This document shows, one piece after another, positions 52,301-64,000 of a stretch of 64,000 nucleotides of DNA. The DNA comes from Camelus dromedarius. Taxonomy: Eukaryota. Position 1 is the first letter of the stretch, and each line of letters starts with the position of its first letter. The stretch lies in contig NC_087436.1 of the NCBI RefSeq assembly GCF_036321535.1, positions 77,564,001-77,628,000 of the forward strand. The letters are read 5' to 3'. The notes under the pieces are model-generated. The model was not told the DNA's origin and did not search any database. It saw only the letters and a list, made by a program, of their open reading frames with translations. The translations under genes and the position numbers were made by a program.

Positions 52301-53158
52301 AGTCACTTAATCTTATTTTTCTTAATCATGAATTTAACCTATTTAGGAACAGTGATTAGAGCACATGTGTTCTTATTAGGAAACTACCATTATTTTAATT
52401 TTCGGCATATAACTACAAAAAGATTGCATTTCAGTGGATATGTGTCACCTTTTTAAAAAACCACACAGACTTCATAGATAAAAAGAAAAGAAATTTGAGG
52501 AAAGATGGACTCAAATGTGAATATTTTCCCTCAGTGAGAAAGGGGAGAGTCTTTCCTTCTATGACCAAAAATCTTTAAAAATGAATAACTATCATTTGAC
52601 ATGTTTCTAAAGTACAAGGCTAAAATATATATACATTTGGGAAAGATATAACTGAGGGCTGAATAATCATTCCAGTAGGAGCCAGCCCTGTGAAATGCAT
52701 GGGAACACATCATTTTTGATGGGTTTGATGGCAAGGGGATATAATAACTTTACTAAAACAGAATTACCTTAAAATTTCTGGCACCTAGAAATGAGGCTTA
52801 AAATTAAAGAGCATTAGATTATCTGATGTGTTTATTCAAAGGACAATAGTACATCTGGAGATGGGGAGCTGGATGTGCAGCTGCTTTGAATTACACTCTA
52901 CTTTGAATACTTGATAGCCCTTAATGAAGTTTTTACTGTAATAGACAAGACAGCTTTACAATCTCTGACGTTTAAAAATCCATAATACCATGAATTCTTG
53001 ATTATCTATGCTAATGGAAAGGAGAAAGAAAATGAGTTACATAAGAAAATAATTTCAATTTAGCTTTTTAGCATAGTTAGACATACTCAAAGAGACCAAG
53101 AAACCATGGGGGTCAATGAAAAAAATCCCCTAAGCAGATAATTCACTCAGGGAATATT

Positions 53159-53212
<54 letters not shown>
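53159..53212. repeat. (TG)n(TA)n microsatellite
   Basis: Direct reading of the sequence. Confidence 0.95.
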
Positions 53213-53217
<5 letters not shown>

Positions 53218-53896
53218 CAGAAAATATTAAAAGAGTTACAGACATTTTATCTAATCAGTGGAAGTTTATAAGCACTTGATTGAGCCACTTCAGATTTTTC
53301 TAAAAATTAAATAGGGCTGTGAATATCAAACCTGCTCTTAAGCATTTTGGAATTACATAATTTTGTATTTGGAAGAGGCTTTAAAGAAAGCAAGTCCAAC
53401 CTTGTATATAAATGGAAGAAATGGGCATCAGGATATTTTTGCCAGACAATTTTTCAAACATACTGAACTCATCTCAAAACCTATTATTTCTAATAATCTG
53501 ATCTAATTTTCTAAGAGAAACTTTTATAAAAGAGGGTCTTTAGAAAATGTTAACAGGTGTTACATAAAATTGCATTCCATGGTCGAATAAGCTGGAGAAA
53601 AAATGAACGGTTTTCTTTGCTTTGGGACCTTTCAGGGCCTTTAAACACTAGTGAATCTGCTTAAGAGTGGATCACTTTCTCTCTGAGAGAGCATTTCAGA
53701 GAAATGTGATTCTAAGATACCTGTTTGGGGTAACACTGCTTCAGAGTCTTCCTAATTTCTCAAGGAAGAAAGTATGCAAAAATCAAGTGAATATTACAGC
53801 TGAAAACTATCTCCCTTCTCATCTCCCATTTAGTACCCATCTCAGGGTGTTTACTTACATTGTTACCTTTTGGACTTGAGTCCAGCTGGCATTGTA

Positions 53897-54163
53897 CAGT
53901 TGGCCCTCAATATCCCTGGGTTCTACAGATCCAATTAGAGATTGAAAATATTCAGGAAAAAACATTTCTAGAAATTTCCAAAAAGCAAAAGTTGATTTTG
54001 CCAAATCATAATAATTTAGAGATGATTTAAAGTATACGGGAGGCTGTGTGTAGGCCATATGCAAATACTATGCCACTTTATATGAGGGACTTAAAGCACC
54101 TGTGGATTTTGGTCTCCGTAGGGGTCCTGCAGCCAGTTCCCTGTGGATACCAAAGGGCAACTG
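53897..54163 (-). mobile_element. MER2-like TcMar-Tigger element
   Basis: TIRs CAGTTGGCCCTCAATATCC / GGATACCAAAGGGCAACTG, preceded by TA. Internal AGAGATGATTTAAAGTATACGGGAGG...ATATGCAAATACTA. Confidence 0.88.
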
Positions 54164-55989
54164 TTCCATCTTCCTGCTTTCTTGTCTCAAACTTCTCTGA
54201 ATCTAATTTTAGACTTTCTGTCACTAATTTTATTTTGCCTGTTTCTTTATGAATTTTCCTTCATTGTTTTCTTCTATAGGATTAATGTTTTTTATTTGAC
54301 ATCTAGTTTTACCCTTTTAAAAGAAGAGCTATTTTATTTGTGGAAAAATTAACTAGAAATCACACACATTACTTTGTTAATATTTTATCATCATTCATCC
54401 CTTGGTTTTAGACATCTATCAAATCCTTTATAAAATCTCCATTGTTTGTTGGATTCATTAGATAGAATAAAAGCCATGCCTATCAAAAACCTAGTGAAAA
54501 TTACTGAGCAACTTTGCATATACTTTGTATTTGCTCGTCAGGATTTTTGTGCTCTCACATCAGAACTTTTCTCCCAAAATTTTGATGCTTTTCCCATCTA
54601 TTCAATTTGAATGTCCTAGGAATCAGTATCTTAATAATTTTATTTAAGTGGTATAGTGGAAAGAAGTCTGGCATCACAAATAGTCTCAGCTTGAACCTTC
54701 CAAGGCCAAGTTTCTAGTCATAGTGAATTTTATGACTATGTTATGAATTCATGAAAAAAGAATTTTGTAATGGAAACATTGACATAGTATCAATCAAGTG
54801 ACACAAGTATACCAGGATGATATCTGGACAGTAATAAACCATGGCAGTGTGACTAAAGAGCCCCCATCTATGGAATATATTGAGAAATCCATAAAATTGC
54901 TGGTCTGTTCACATGTTAGTATTGGTTGTACTAGAGTATTGGTACATAAAGCAATACTGTTGGCAACACGCATTTTCAGGGATAATTTTATTAAAGGCAT
55001 GGATGTCTATTTATCTAAAATAGTCACATGTAAGTCATAAAGCCAATTGACTATGGTGTTTTACTGACTCCTTCAATGATCTACCTTCCTTTAAGATCCA
55101 TCTTTTCTTGACAATAGAACCACATTTGGGCACACTATGAATAAAGGTGTTTGGACAAACTGATCCTACTGTATTAGCAACTTCAGTATGTTCTTCTTAC
55201 TTTATCAAGTGAGTCAAGTTAAACATTATTATTAAATATTAAATGTTATAGTGAGTAAATGTTAAATATTCCTTAGATAAAATCATTTGCATCCAGTTGT
55301 TTTAGAAATAAAAGGTTCTTTCCTCAGTCCTCTGACTTTATAGTTAAAACTACAGAGGTCCAACATGATCTTATTTGCTTTTCCTCCAGAGAAAAATTTA
55401 ATTTAATTGCATGGAATTAATCCAGATACTGTTTGAATTGAGTGTAATTGCTGCACTTAGGCATGGGTTAAGATAAATTGTTTTCAAGAAGAGAAGAGAT
55501 TCCTAGAGTTTCGATTTTTCTATTACCTGAAGCTGAGTAAGCATTAAGAGATCCAAATGCTCATCTTGGCTGAACTGCTTACTAATAAAGTCATCTAATG
55601 GTACTAGACCTAGTTTCTTCCTCTGTCAGATGTGTTAAACCATATCTACTGTGCTGGTCTTCACAGGAAGATGGTGAAACCTAATTGAGAAAATGAATGT
55701 GAAAATTCATTAAAAGCTTAGAAGCCCCACGTAAAGGAGATATTCTTAGTATTTTAGAGATTATCTCTCTAGCTTCCTTCAAAACCTTAAACACACCTAA
55801 AAATCTTAATAGTGTGCAGTTGTTTGTAGCACAAAGGCTGTGTCTGGGAGGCAATGTAAAATGAAAAGGTGGTAGTCCTCTTAAAGGTGTGATATCCCAA
55901 ACCTGCGTTCAAGAAGTTACCATTTCTGTCCTGACCTTGGTGGCTGAGTGGAGCAGGATCACACTTTTCGTAGTGATTTCTTGAGGTTA

Positions 55990-56162
55990 TTTGTTCTCAA
56001 AGTCTGGTCCCTGGATTAGCAGCATCAGCCTCACCTGGGAACTTGCTAGAACTTCTCCAGCCCACCACCCCAGCTATCTGAATCACACACTGAGGGTGAG
56101 GCACAGAATCCCCTGCTTTCACAAGCCATCAGGGTGATGCTGACGCATGTCTGAGACACTGT
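55990..56162. mobile_element. MER5A hAT-Charlie element
   Basis: TTCTCAAAGTCTGGTCCCTGGATTAGCAGCATCAGCCTCACCTGGGAACTTGCTAGAA...CAAGCCATCAGGGTGATGCTGA. Confidence 0.8.
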
Positions 56163-58392
56163 GCTCTGAGCTCAGGTCCCCGGAGCTCTGACTATCTTAT
56201 AACTAGCGTCCAAAATCTACGATTGACTAACGTCTCATCTGGCCCTTTCAGTGGGCCTCTCCATGGACAAATGGTTAATTTACATAAGGGCAAGTTTCTT
56301 TCACTTTGGAAGGTATATTAATGTCTTTATGGCAGTTTTGCCCTGGGGAGAAGTTCAAAAGTAAGTTAATAAAGATGTCTTACCCTTCTTTCACAGCTGC
56401 AGTGAGTTTGGGGCCTGATAGTTTTGCTAGAAAGAGGATGATGGAGCGGGGGCCAAGTCTCTGGAGAGCAAAGAGCATATCTCATTTCATGCTTGTATTC
56501 TGAGAACCTGGCATAGTTTACCACACAGTAGGCACTCGAGAAATACTTCAGTTGAGCTGAATTAGATGTTCAAGGGACTAGATAAGAAAAGATAGTTAAA
56601 AAAAAAAAAAAAAGCTAGTAGAAAAGCTACCAGCCAGGCAAAGGATGCTTTAAAAATAAACTTGCCATGAAAGGATTTCCCAGGAGGCATTTTACCACAT
56701 ATATATTGTATGACAGCACTGTTCTACTTCATATACCACTGTTCTAGTGATGCTTTTTCTCTGATGAACGGAAAGGAAACTCCAAACAGTGCTTATACCC
56801 AAGAAGGCCTTTTGCTGACTTTGGGAACTTGAAACTTCTTGAAAGTTTTTTCAGTTTGGTGTTAAGTAGGAAACACTTTAGAATCTGGTTAAGTTTACAC
56901 AGTTGCTCATTTGACACACTTAACAAATATTTTTCAGAAGATCAATGCCCCAGACTGTGCAAAGGCCTAGGAGTTCAAAGATTTATTAGAACATAGGTCT
57001 GCCCTCTGAGAGCTCACAGTCTAGGAATGCCCTTGGGTGGAGGCTAAGAGTAGATAAACTGATTAATGAATATTTTGCTGTTCTAGAAAAGAGTACATTA
57101 TATCATCTTTGGCCATGTCTTACTTTGGACATAGAGACTGGTTGTTTTGAGATCCCATAAAACTCAAGTCATTTGACTGGGACTCCACAAGAAAAACAAA
57201 ATTCTGTGACTTTGTGCTCTATTTAGAATATCTCTGTCTTGCGTTTGTCTAGAAGCTGAAGGTGGCAGATAGAAGCTGCAGCCTTGACTCCGCCAAGCAG
57301 CAAGCATTCAGCCAGTGGCTCCAGGTGTATGTGGCCCTGTCCTAGGCACCCCTGGCATTTCCAGCAGCTGTGCTTTGTTTGGAGAAAGAGGTGGAAAAAG
57401 AGTTGTTCTTAGTTACATATTTTCTGTATGACTAAAATGTTTTCCCTGCTTCCTGGGGATTTAACTAATCATCAAGATTTCATTTAGTCTATTTGTTTTA
57501 AAGTCAGACTTTACATAGAAAGCTTTCCATTGTACGTTCTATTTCCCTTTGAAAACGTTCTGTGTGGGCCGGCACGAAGGTGAACTTCCACTTACCACTC
57601 CCTGGGCACTGCCTCGGCTACTCCTTGAGAGGAACCGAACTGTTGCAATAGGATGGCTGGGCCCAAGTCACGGTCTCCTTGCTGAGTCCTCTGTTTCATG
57701 AGGTGCAGGTGCTTTCTTTTCGGATGAAAACAGCAATAAATCTCCTACCTTTATCTAATAATCAAACTCAAAAAAAAAACAAAAACCCATCTGTATGGGT
57801 AATAGAAGACCTGGGCTGGGTTCCTCTCCAAAATCAGTGCATACTGGCTGGCTGACTTTTATGGTCCTTCATTTTTGTATTTCTACAATGAATAGGTTGG
57901 ACTAAATCTGTTTATTCATAAAAGAAGCGTTTATTGAGCACCGCTGAAGAGTTAAGCCCCACACTGGGGGTAGAAGAATATGATGTCATCACTACAAGGC
58001 TTTGTCTTTAAGGAATTTATGGAAGGAACAAAGATGATGAAAAGAGCAATAGAGGCAGGGTCTGATCCAAGGGAGTGGGCTACCATGACAAGTTTGCCTC
58101 TGCTTTGCTTTAAAAACCAAATCTAGACATTCCAGGAGAACTAGGCTGGATGAAGGCATTTCAAGAAGTGGCAGCTGCTGCAAAGTCCTAACAGCTGTGC
58201 AAAGGAAAGGGTGTCTTGTTCCGAAACTTACCTGACTTCTAAACCCACTTTTATTTCACTGATATTATGACTCCAGAAAATTCAAAATAAGACTGTAATG
58301 CCGACAGCGGTTCATCGCAGCTTGACAGCTGTAGGTGTAGTCTCAGCAAAGAAAATCCACGCTCGGGCTGCTGCCGGCAAACAGTAAGAGAA

Positions 58393-58410
58393 CAGCGCCA
58401 CCTATTGGTA
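58393..58410 (-). promoter_or_regulatory. Candidate CTCF site in BMP3 intron 1
   Basis: Reverse complement TACCAATAGGTGGCGCTG, with local CpG retention at 58300-58400. Confidence 0.55.
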
Positions 58411-59329
58411 GTTATATTTTGACATCAAATACATTCTTCGTGAAGAGCTGGGAATAAAGTCTACTGTAGTTCCTTGCAAGGAATCTGAGAAGTTATCTCG
58501 TTCACCTTTCATGCCTCCCCTCCCATAAAGTGATCCTCCTGTAACAGTCTTGAATTATGACCACCTATCTCCTGTCTGCCTGTTCCCACAGAGGGGTCTC
58601 ACCATCAGGCTGGACACTTAGAAAGTCATTACCTACGTTGACCTGGATTCTGACTGCATTCAACTGTCACCTCTAGACTTAATTCTTATCTTTGACACTG
58701 AAAGAAAAACTCTGATCTCTCTGAATCTCTCTGCAGCCCCTCCAGCATTTGCAAACAATTCTTATGTCCCTGCTTAATCTTTTTTTTTTTCCCTTCCTCC
58801 AAGCCATGCATTTTCTATTTATTCAGCTCAAATTTGTAAGAGAGAATTTTAAGGCCAACTTCTTGGTTACTTTCCTAGTTGCTCTCTTCTGTGTCAAAAA
58901 GTAGTTAAAATGAGAGCACCCAGAATTAAGCATGCCACTCTAGATACAATTGGATTGGTGTGGCACACGTTAATGTTTTCTAGTAGATGTAAACTACAAA
59001 CAGCCTAAAAATATACAAGCTATTGTTTTGTGTTTTGTAACCTGATAACACCCACTGTGTTTTTTTTTAAATATTAGTATTGTATCAGTTTGTTCTTATT
59101 AATCAGAAAGTATACCTCCATGTTCTGATCCAATGATTCCAAATAGGGAAGTATCAGAATATTTCAGAATAGAAGTAGTGAACACAAAAGCATTTTTTTA
59201 CTCACTGGTATTTCAGTATCAATATCTTCTCCTTAGATAAATCAATGCTATTCATGGGGAAGAGAGAGAAGGCTATTGCCAAACTCCTGTTCTTCAGTAT
59301 ATGAGAAGAGACCTATTTGAAAAGTTATG

Positions 59330-59455
59330 TTCGCAATGTGACAATGAATATATGTATGTTCATGTATAACTGAAAAATTGCAGTCTACACTGGAATTTGA
59401 CACAACATTGTAAAATGACTATAACTCAATAAAAAATGTTTAAGAAAAAGAAAAA
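59330..59455 (+). mobile_element. Short L1 3' end (young, lineage-specific type)
   Basis: GAATATATGTATGTTCATGTATAACTGAAAAATTG...TTGACACAACATTGTAAAATGACTATAACTCAATAAAAAA plus an A-rich tail. Confidence 0.75.
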
Positions 59456-60764
59456 TGATAAGTTGTATTAATATAAAATCTAAAAAATTAATAAAGCACT
59501 AGAGTAGTTGGATAATATTACCACATAATTCAACTTGCAGGGAAGTATTTATCTTATTCCTATTGATTCCTCTAGCCTCACTTACTCAAATTCAGACAAC
59601 TCCCTCTCCCTCACCGCTGTTTTTGTCCACTGTAAATACTATTTGGTGGCTTTGGTGGTGGGGTGGTGGGGGGAAGAGCATTGACTTGCACAGAAATGAA
59701 ATGATTTAAAGTCAGAGTGGGTAAAAATAAAGTATGGATTAGAGACGTCAGGGCAAGTTTTGTGGAATGGTTGAGACTTCTAGCTCATTGTTTTAAAAAA
59801 GGCAAGGAGGAGGGAGATGTAGGTCAGGCAGAGGTCATGGGTCCCCTCACCCAGGTGGAAACAGCGCTTGTGCTGGGCGTGATATAACACCTTTAGTTAG
59901 GAGCTAAACATGAATTGGCCATTTCTTTTCTGAAGTTAGGCAGGTTTGATGTCGATAAGGACTTCAAATAACTAAGTTAATTTGGGATATTTTTATAAGT
60001 TTCTGTTTGAAACATTGACAATATTACGTATGCAAAAGCTTCCAGGTGTCAGCACTGCCTACACCCAACACATCCTTTTCCCCTCATTCTTTAAAGTCTG
60101 GTTCACAGGTTACATCTTCCCTCTGTGTTCCTCTTCCTCTTGCTTGGGGAAAGTTAATTGCTTCCTCCTCTGTGCTCCAAGGACATAATTAATACCTTTG
60201 ACAGTAAGGAGCATCATCACGGCATAGCTACCTGCATATTAATTCTTAATCTTTTTCCCCAGCCCCAGTCTGGACAACAGTGGCCACTAGGCAGCCCTAA
60301 GACCCAGCCAAGGGTCCAGCACCTAATAGGTGTTCAATCGCAAAAAACATTTATTTTGCTTTAGCTCCTGTTCATCGTTGCTTGTAGTGGCTGTGTGTGT
60401 GTAATACACAAATAACACAACTGAAACTACATATAGAATCACTATACCATAAAGCACTATTACTCAACTGCCCATTTAACTCTATTTTAGAGCAGTTAGT
60501 TGGTCTTAGACTTTTGATTGCAGATTGAATCAATTAACTACAGCTGGAGGGAAAATTTAAAAGCAATTGCCAAAATTATCTTTATCTAATATGTTCTTGG
60601 TAAAGGAAGGTATGTTGCATTCCAAAAAATAATCTTTTGCCCAATTTATTTTTGGTTTGCATATGCATGTTTAAGAAATTCCTAATTCTTCACTGCATTT
60701 AGAAAAAAAATGCTTTTTTCCTTTCCTTTTGGACTATATGAGCACAAAACTGGTGGTCATTCTA

Positions 60765-61800
60765 GACCACCACTGTCCAAGAAAAATTAAATTTGAGCCA
60801 CAGATGTGACCCACATATGTAATTTTAAAATTTTAGTAACCACATTAAAAAATATGAAAAGCCAAATGTGAAATTAATTTCAATAATGTATTACCAGCAG
60901 GGTGTCTGAGAATTCACCTCAGTTCTAACACTGTCTACCCAGACATCAAATCCCATAGGTAAAGGGCTCAGTCCCACAAGACTGCCCTCCACCTCAGGCG
61001 CCAATTCCAAACCCAGGTTGTTTTCAGTGCTTCTGACCAACTGGCTGAGGATTGGAGGTTCCCGCAACCCCCTCCCTGGCTCTGATTAATTTACTAGGGT
61101 GGCTCACAGAACTCAGGCAACCCATTTGCTCACTAGTTTACCAGTTTAGTATAAAAGGCTATCACTCAGGAACAGCCAGATAAAAGCGATGCACAGGGCA
61201 AGGTAGGGGGAAGGGCTTGACGCTTCCACGCCCTTTGTGGGTGCACTGCTCTCCCCAATTTCCACGTGTTCTCCAACCCGGAAGCTCTTCAAAGCTTGTT
61301 TTTTTGTAAGGTTTTATGGTGGCTTCATTATGCAGGCATGGCTTATGAAATCATTGGCCATTGGTGATTAATTCAGCCTCCAGCACCTTTCCCCACACCA
61401 GAGGTTAGGGGGTGGAGCTGAAAGTGCCAGCGCTCTAGTCACAGGATTGGTTCCCCCGGCAACCAGCCCCCACTCTTAGGTGGCCTCCAAAAGTCACCTG
61501 AGTAACATAACAGAAGACATTTCTGGCTCTCATCACTTAGGCAATTCCAAGGGTTTTAGGATCTGTGCCACAAACAGGGATGAAGGCCAAATATATATTT
61601 TTCATTAAAAGTCACATTATCACAATATTTAACCCAGTGTATCCGAATATTATCACTTCAATACATAATTAATATAAAATATATTAATGTAATATTGTAC
61701 ACTCATTCTGTGCTAAGTCTTTGAAATACACTGTGTATTTTACACTTACAGCACATCTCAATTCAAACTTAAGTGATTAGTTGCTATCATATTGGACATT
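60765..61800. mobile_element. MER33 hAT-Charlie element split by an LTR
   Basis: Left part CACTGTCCAA...CCACATATGTAATTTTAAA...GTGAAATTAATTTCAATAAT. Right part ATTTAACCCAG...TGTGTATTTTACACTTACAGCACATCTCAATT...ATTGGACA. Confidence 0.8.
60893..61624 (-). mobile_element. MER21-like LTR
   Basis: The minus strand begins TGTGATAATGTG...ATATATATTTGGCCTTCATCCCTGTTTGTGGCACAGATCCTAAAACCCTTGGAATT. Internal GGGCTCAGTCCCACAAGACTGCC and GGCTCACAGAACTCAGG. Confidence 0.8.
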
Positions 61801-61809
61801 ACCATTCGA

Positions 61810-62010
61810 CTTAGCTGACATTCATTGAGATTTTTCTTATGTGTGATATGTATTACCTATATTCTTCCAATTAATTCTCACAATGATTCTGCCATTGATA
61901 CTATTGGGCTCATTTTACAGATGAGCAAACTGAGACTTAAAGAGTTTAGGTAATTTGCCTGAGGACAGCTGTTGGGTGTGGTGGAGCTGAACCTGGATCA
62001 CAGGGCTTTG
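61810..62010 (-). mobile_element. MIR SINE
   Basis: CATTTTACAGATGAGCAAACTGAGACTTAAAGAGTTTAGGTAATTTGCCTGAGG. Confidence 0.8.
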
Positions 62011-63544
62011 ACTTAAATTAAGGCACTGAATTAAAATCAAACCACCCAAAGAGACAGCGTGGCAGATTCTGAGACATTTATGAGAAGATATTGAAGGTTA
62101 GACACAAAGTGGAGTCTAGTTAACAGCAGATCACAAGGTATCTGGAAAAATGTTTGAAAGAAGGCAATATTTGCAAGCAAAATGTGGGGGAAAGGAGCCG
62201 GACTGGTTTCCCCAGTAAGACTCTACCACCCACATCCCTCTGAGTTCATTTCTTCCCAGCCAGTGTGTTCGTTTGGCAACCATCCGATTGCCACATACTT
62301 AGAACAGAGTGACTTCTCTTCCTTCCATTTTAAACTTCCATCTGGGTAAAAGTATATGCTCTGGTGATTGGTATGAATTAAAGCTGGAGTCTCTGAACAA
62401 GCCTGATGCGTGGCTTTGTTATAGAGGTCTGTATAATATTATCCTGGTGTCATGGATTATACAAATGTGCACAAATGGCAGTTTCCTCCTTTTCCTTCAC
62501 ACAATGTTAGAAATGAGTAAAATATGTGTCTCACTGCACTTCCCTCGTACTTGGGGACTCAATGAACTCATTATAAGTTTCCAGATCTTTTTTAAATGTT
62601 TTATTTTTTTCTGAAATATGGTTTTGATCAAGAACATAATTTCACGATTGCGTGTATGTTTCTGAAACAAATATGTATGTGAAACAAGTGCACGGAGGAG
62701 GGCTCAGGCTCTGGTGACCAATCCTGGGACCGGGGATTCTTGAGTCCAACCTCAGCCTTACCATTAGCTCATTCGATGATCTCAAGAGCAAGAACCAACT
62801 TCTGCCCTTACTAATCAGTCGCCTCTTCTGTTACCTTCATTTCTGCATTTGAAGAATTGGAAATACAGTTGGCCAGTTTCAGTCATTTGGTCAAACTCTA
62901 CAGAAGAATTCAAGTTAAACCCATGTAATGTCATAAACTTTAGACAAGCTCCACAACAGCATTAATTCTTTAGGACAGTTTTGAAAGCGTGGCTCATTTT
63001 TTTAGCTATGTTCTCTGAACATGGAGCTATACGGTCTTGCTTATCTACCCTCATCCTGCACCCTTAACTTTGTGAGGCAGGTAGAAGAAGGTGTAATCCT
63101 TGTTTTATGGTCAACACCAGCACTAACAGCAATAATAATAATTTGTCCTGAAGAAACACTTACCGGACCCCTTAGGAATGGATTTACACACATCTCATTT
63201 AATTCTGACGACAGGAGAAGAAGGCACTCTTCCATTTTGTGAATGAAAAATGGAACTTTTTCTCCCAAAGTTATATAGTTAATAAGTGACTGAGTCAGTC
63301 CTTGAGTCAAGGTGAGTCTCCTTTCACCAATGCTGGTAACCAGTAGGCTCTGCCTCACATAAGATGCTCCTGTGACACTGGGCCAAATTTATAGGAATAT
63401 TTCTCGGTAATCTCTGATTTAAAAGCCAGAGCTCTCAGCTCTCACACCACTGAGTTCACTACTGTATAAAGGAAAGAGCAAAAGACTAAAAATGTCTGAT
63501 CCTTGCTGTGATATTTATCCAGTTTATAAAATTACTCCTGTTAT

Positions 63545-64000
63545 CTTTTTGTTTAATTGCAGTGAAAATCACATAATTTAAAAATAGTTATCTTTAATTG
63601 AGCAATTCAGTGGCATTTGATACCTTCACGATGTTGCGCAACTACCAAGTCTACCTAGTTCCAAAATATTTCTCTCATCCCAAAGTCAAACCCCCTGCCC
63701 ATCAAATGGTTTATCCATATCCCTCCCTCTCTTCAGCCCCTGGCCAACACTAGTCTGCATCCTGTTTCTAGTGATTTACCTGTTCTGAATATTTCACATA
63801 AATGGAATCATACAACATGGGATCTTTTCTGTATGGCTTCTTTCATTTAACAAAGTGTTTTCAAGGTTCATCCACATTGTAGTATCTATCAGTACTTCAT
63901 TCATTTGCATGGCTGGATAATATTCCATTATATGACTGTATTACACCTTACCATTGATCCATTGATAGACATTTGAGTTGTGTCTACCTTTTGGCTATTG
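63545..64000 (-). mobile_element. L1MB-like 3' end (runs off window)
   Basis: AATTCAGTGGCATTTGATACCTTCAC...TTCACATAAATGGAATCATACAA...TTTTCAAGGTTCATCCA...GGATAATATTCCATT. Confidence 0.85.

Larger units (their letters stand above)
49367..64000 (+). other. BMP3: BMP3 intron 1 (continues past window end)
   Basis: Starts with GTGAGT. No exon-2-like coding sequence (expected about ETLERKGLYIFNLTSL) found up to the window end. Confidence 0.85.

Noticed and set aside
60281..60297. CTCF-like TGGCCACTAGGCAGCCC
   Set aside because: Mismatches in the essential GGTGGC/GGGGGC part of the core.

Overview
Mammalian (eutherian) genomic DNA, very probably from a camelid, because two short tRNA-Ala-derived SINEs of the vic-1 type are present. 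About 48 kb of repeat-rich intergenic sequence (L1, L2, MIR, MaLR/ERVL/ERV1 LTRs, hAT and Tigger DNA transposon fossils, microsatellites) leads into the CpG-island promoter, 5'UTR and first coding exon of BMP3 (+ strand, ATG 49042, phase-1 donor after 49366). About 14.6 kb of intron 1 follows, and I did not find exon 2 in the window. Apart from BMP3 exon 1, I recognise none of the ORF-track entries as genes; many lie in repeats or low-complexity DNA. I see no new biological system. The best leads are regulatory: a MER41-like ERV1 solo LTR that keeps a STAT (GAS) motif about 18 kb upstream of BMP3, a SINE copy that folds into a nearly complete tRNA-Ala with G3:U70 and a T7 terminator, strong CTCF motifs, a promoter microsatellite and an intron-1 NF-kB/AP-1 motif cluster. 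Repeat family names and human comparisons come from memory of consensus sequences, not from a search.
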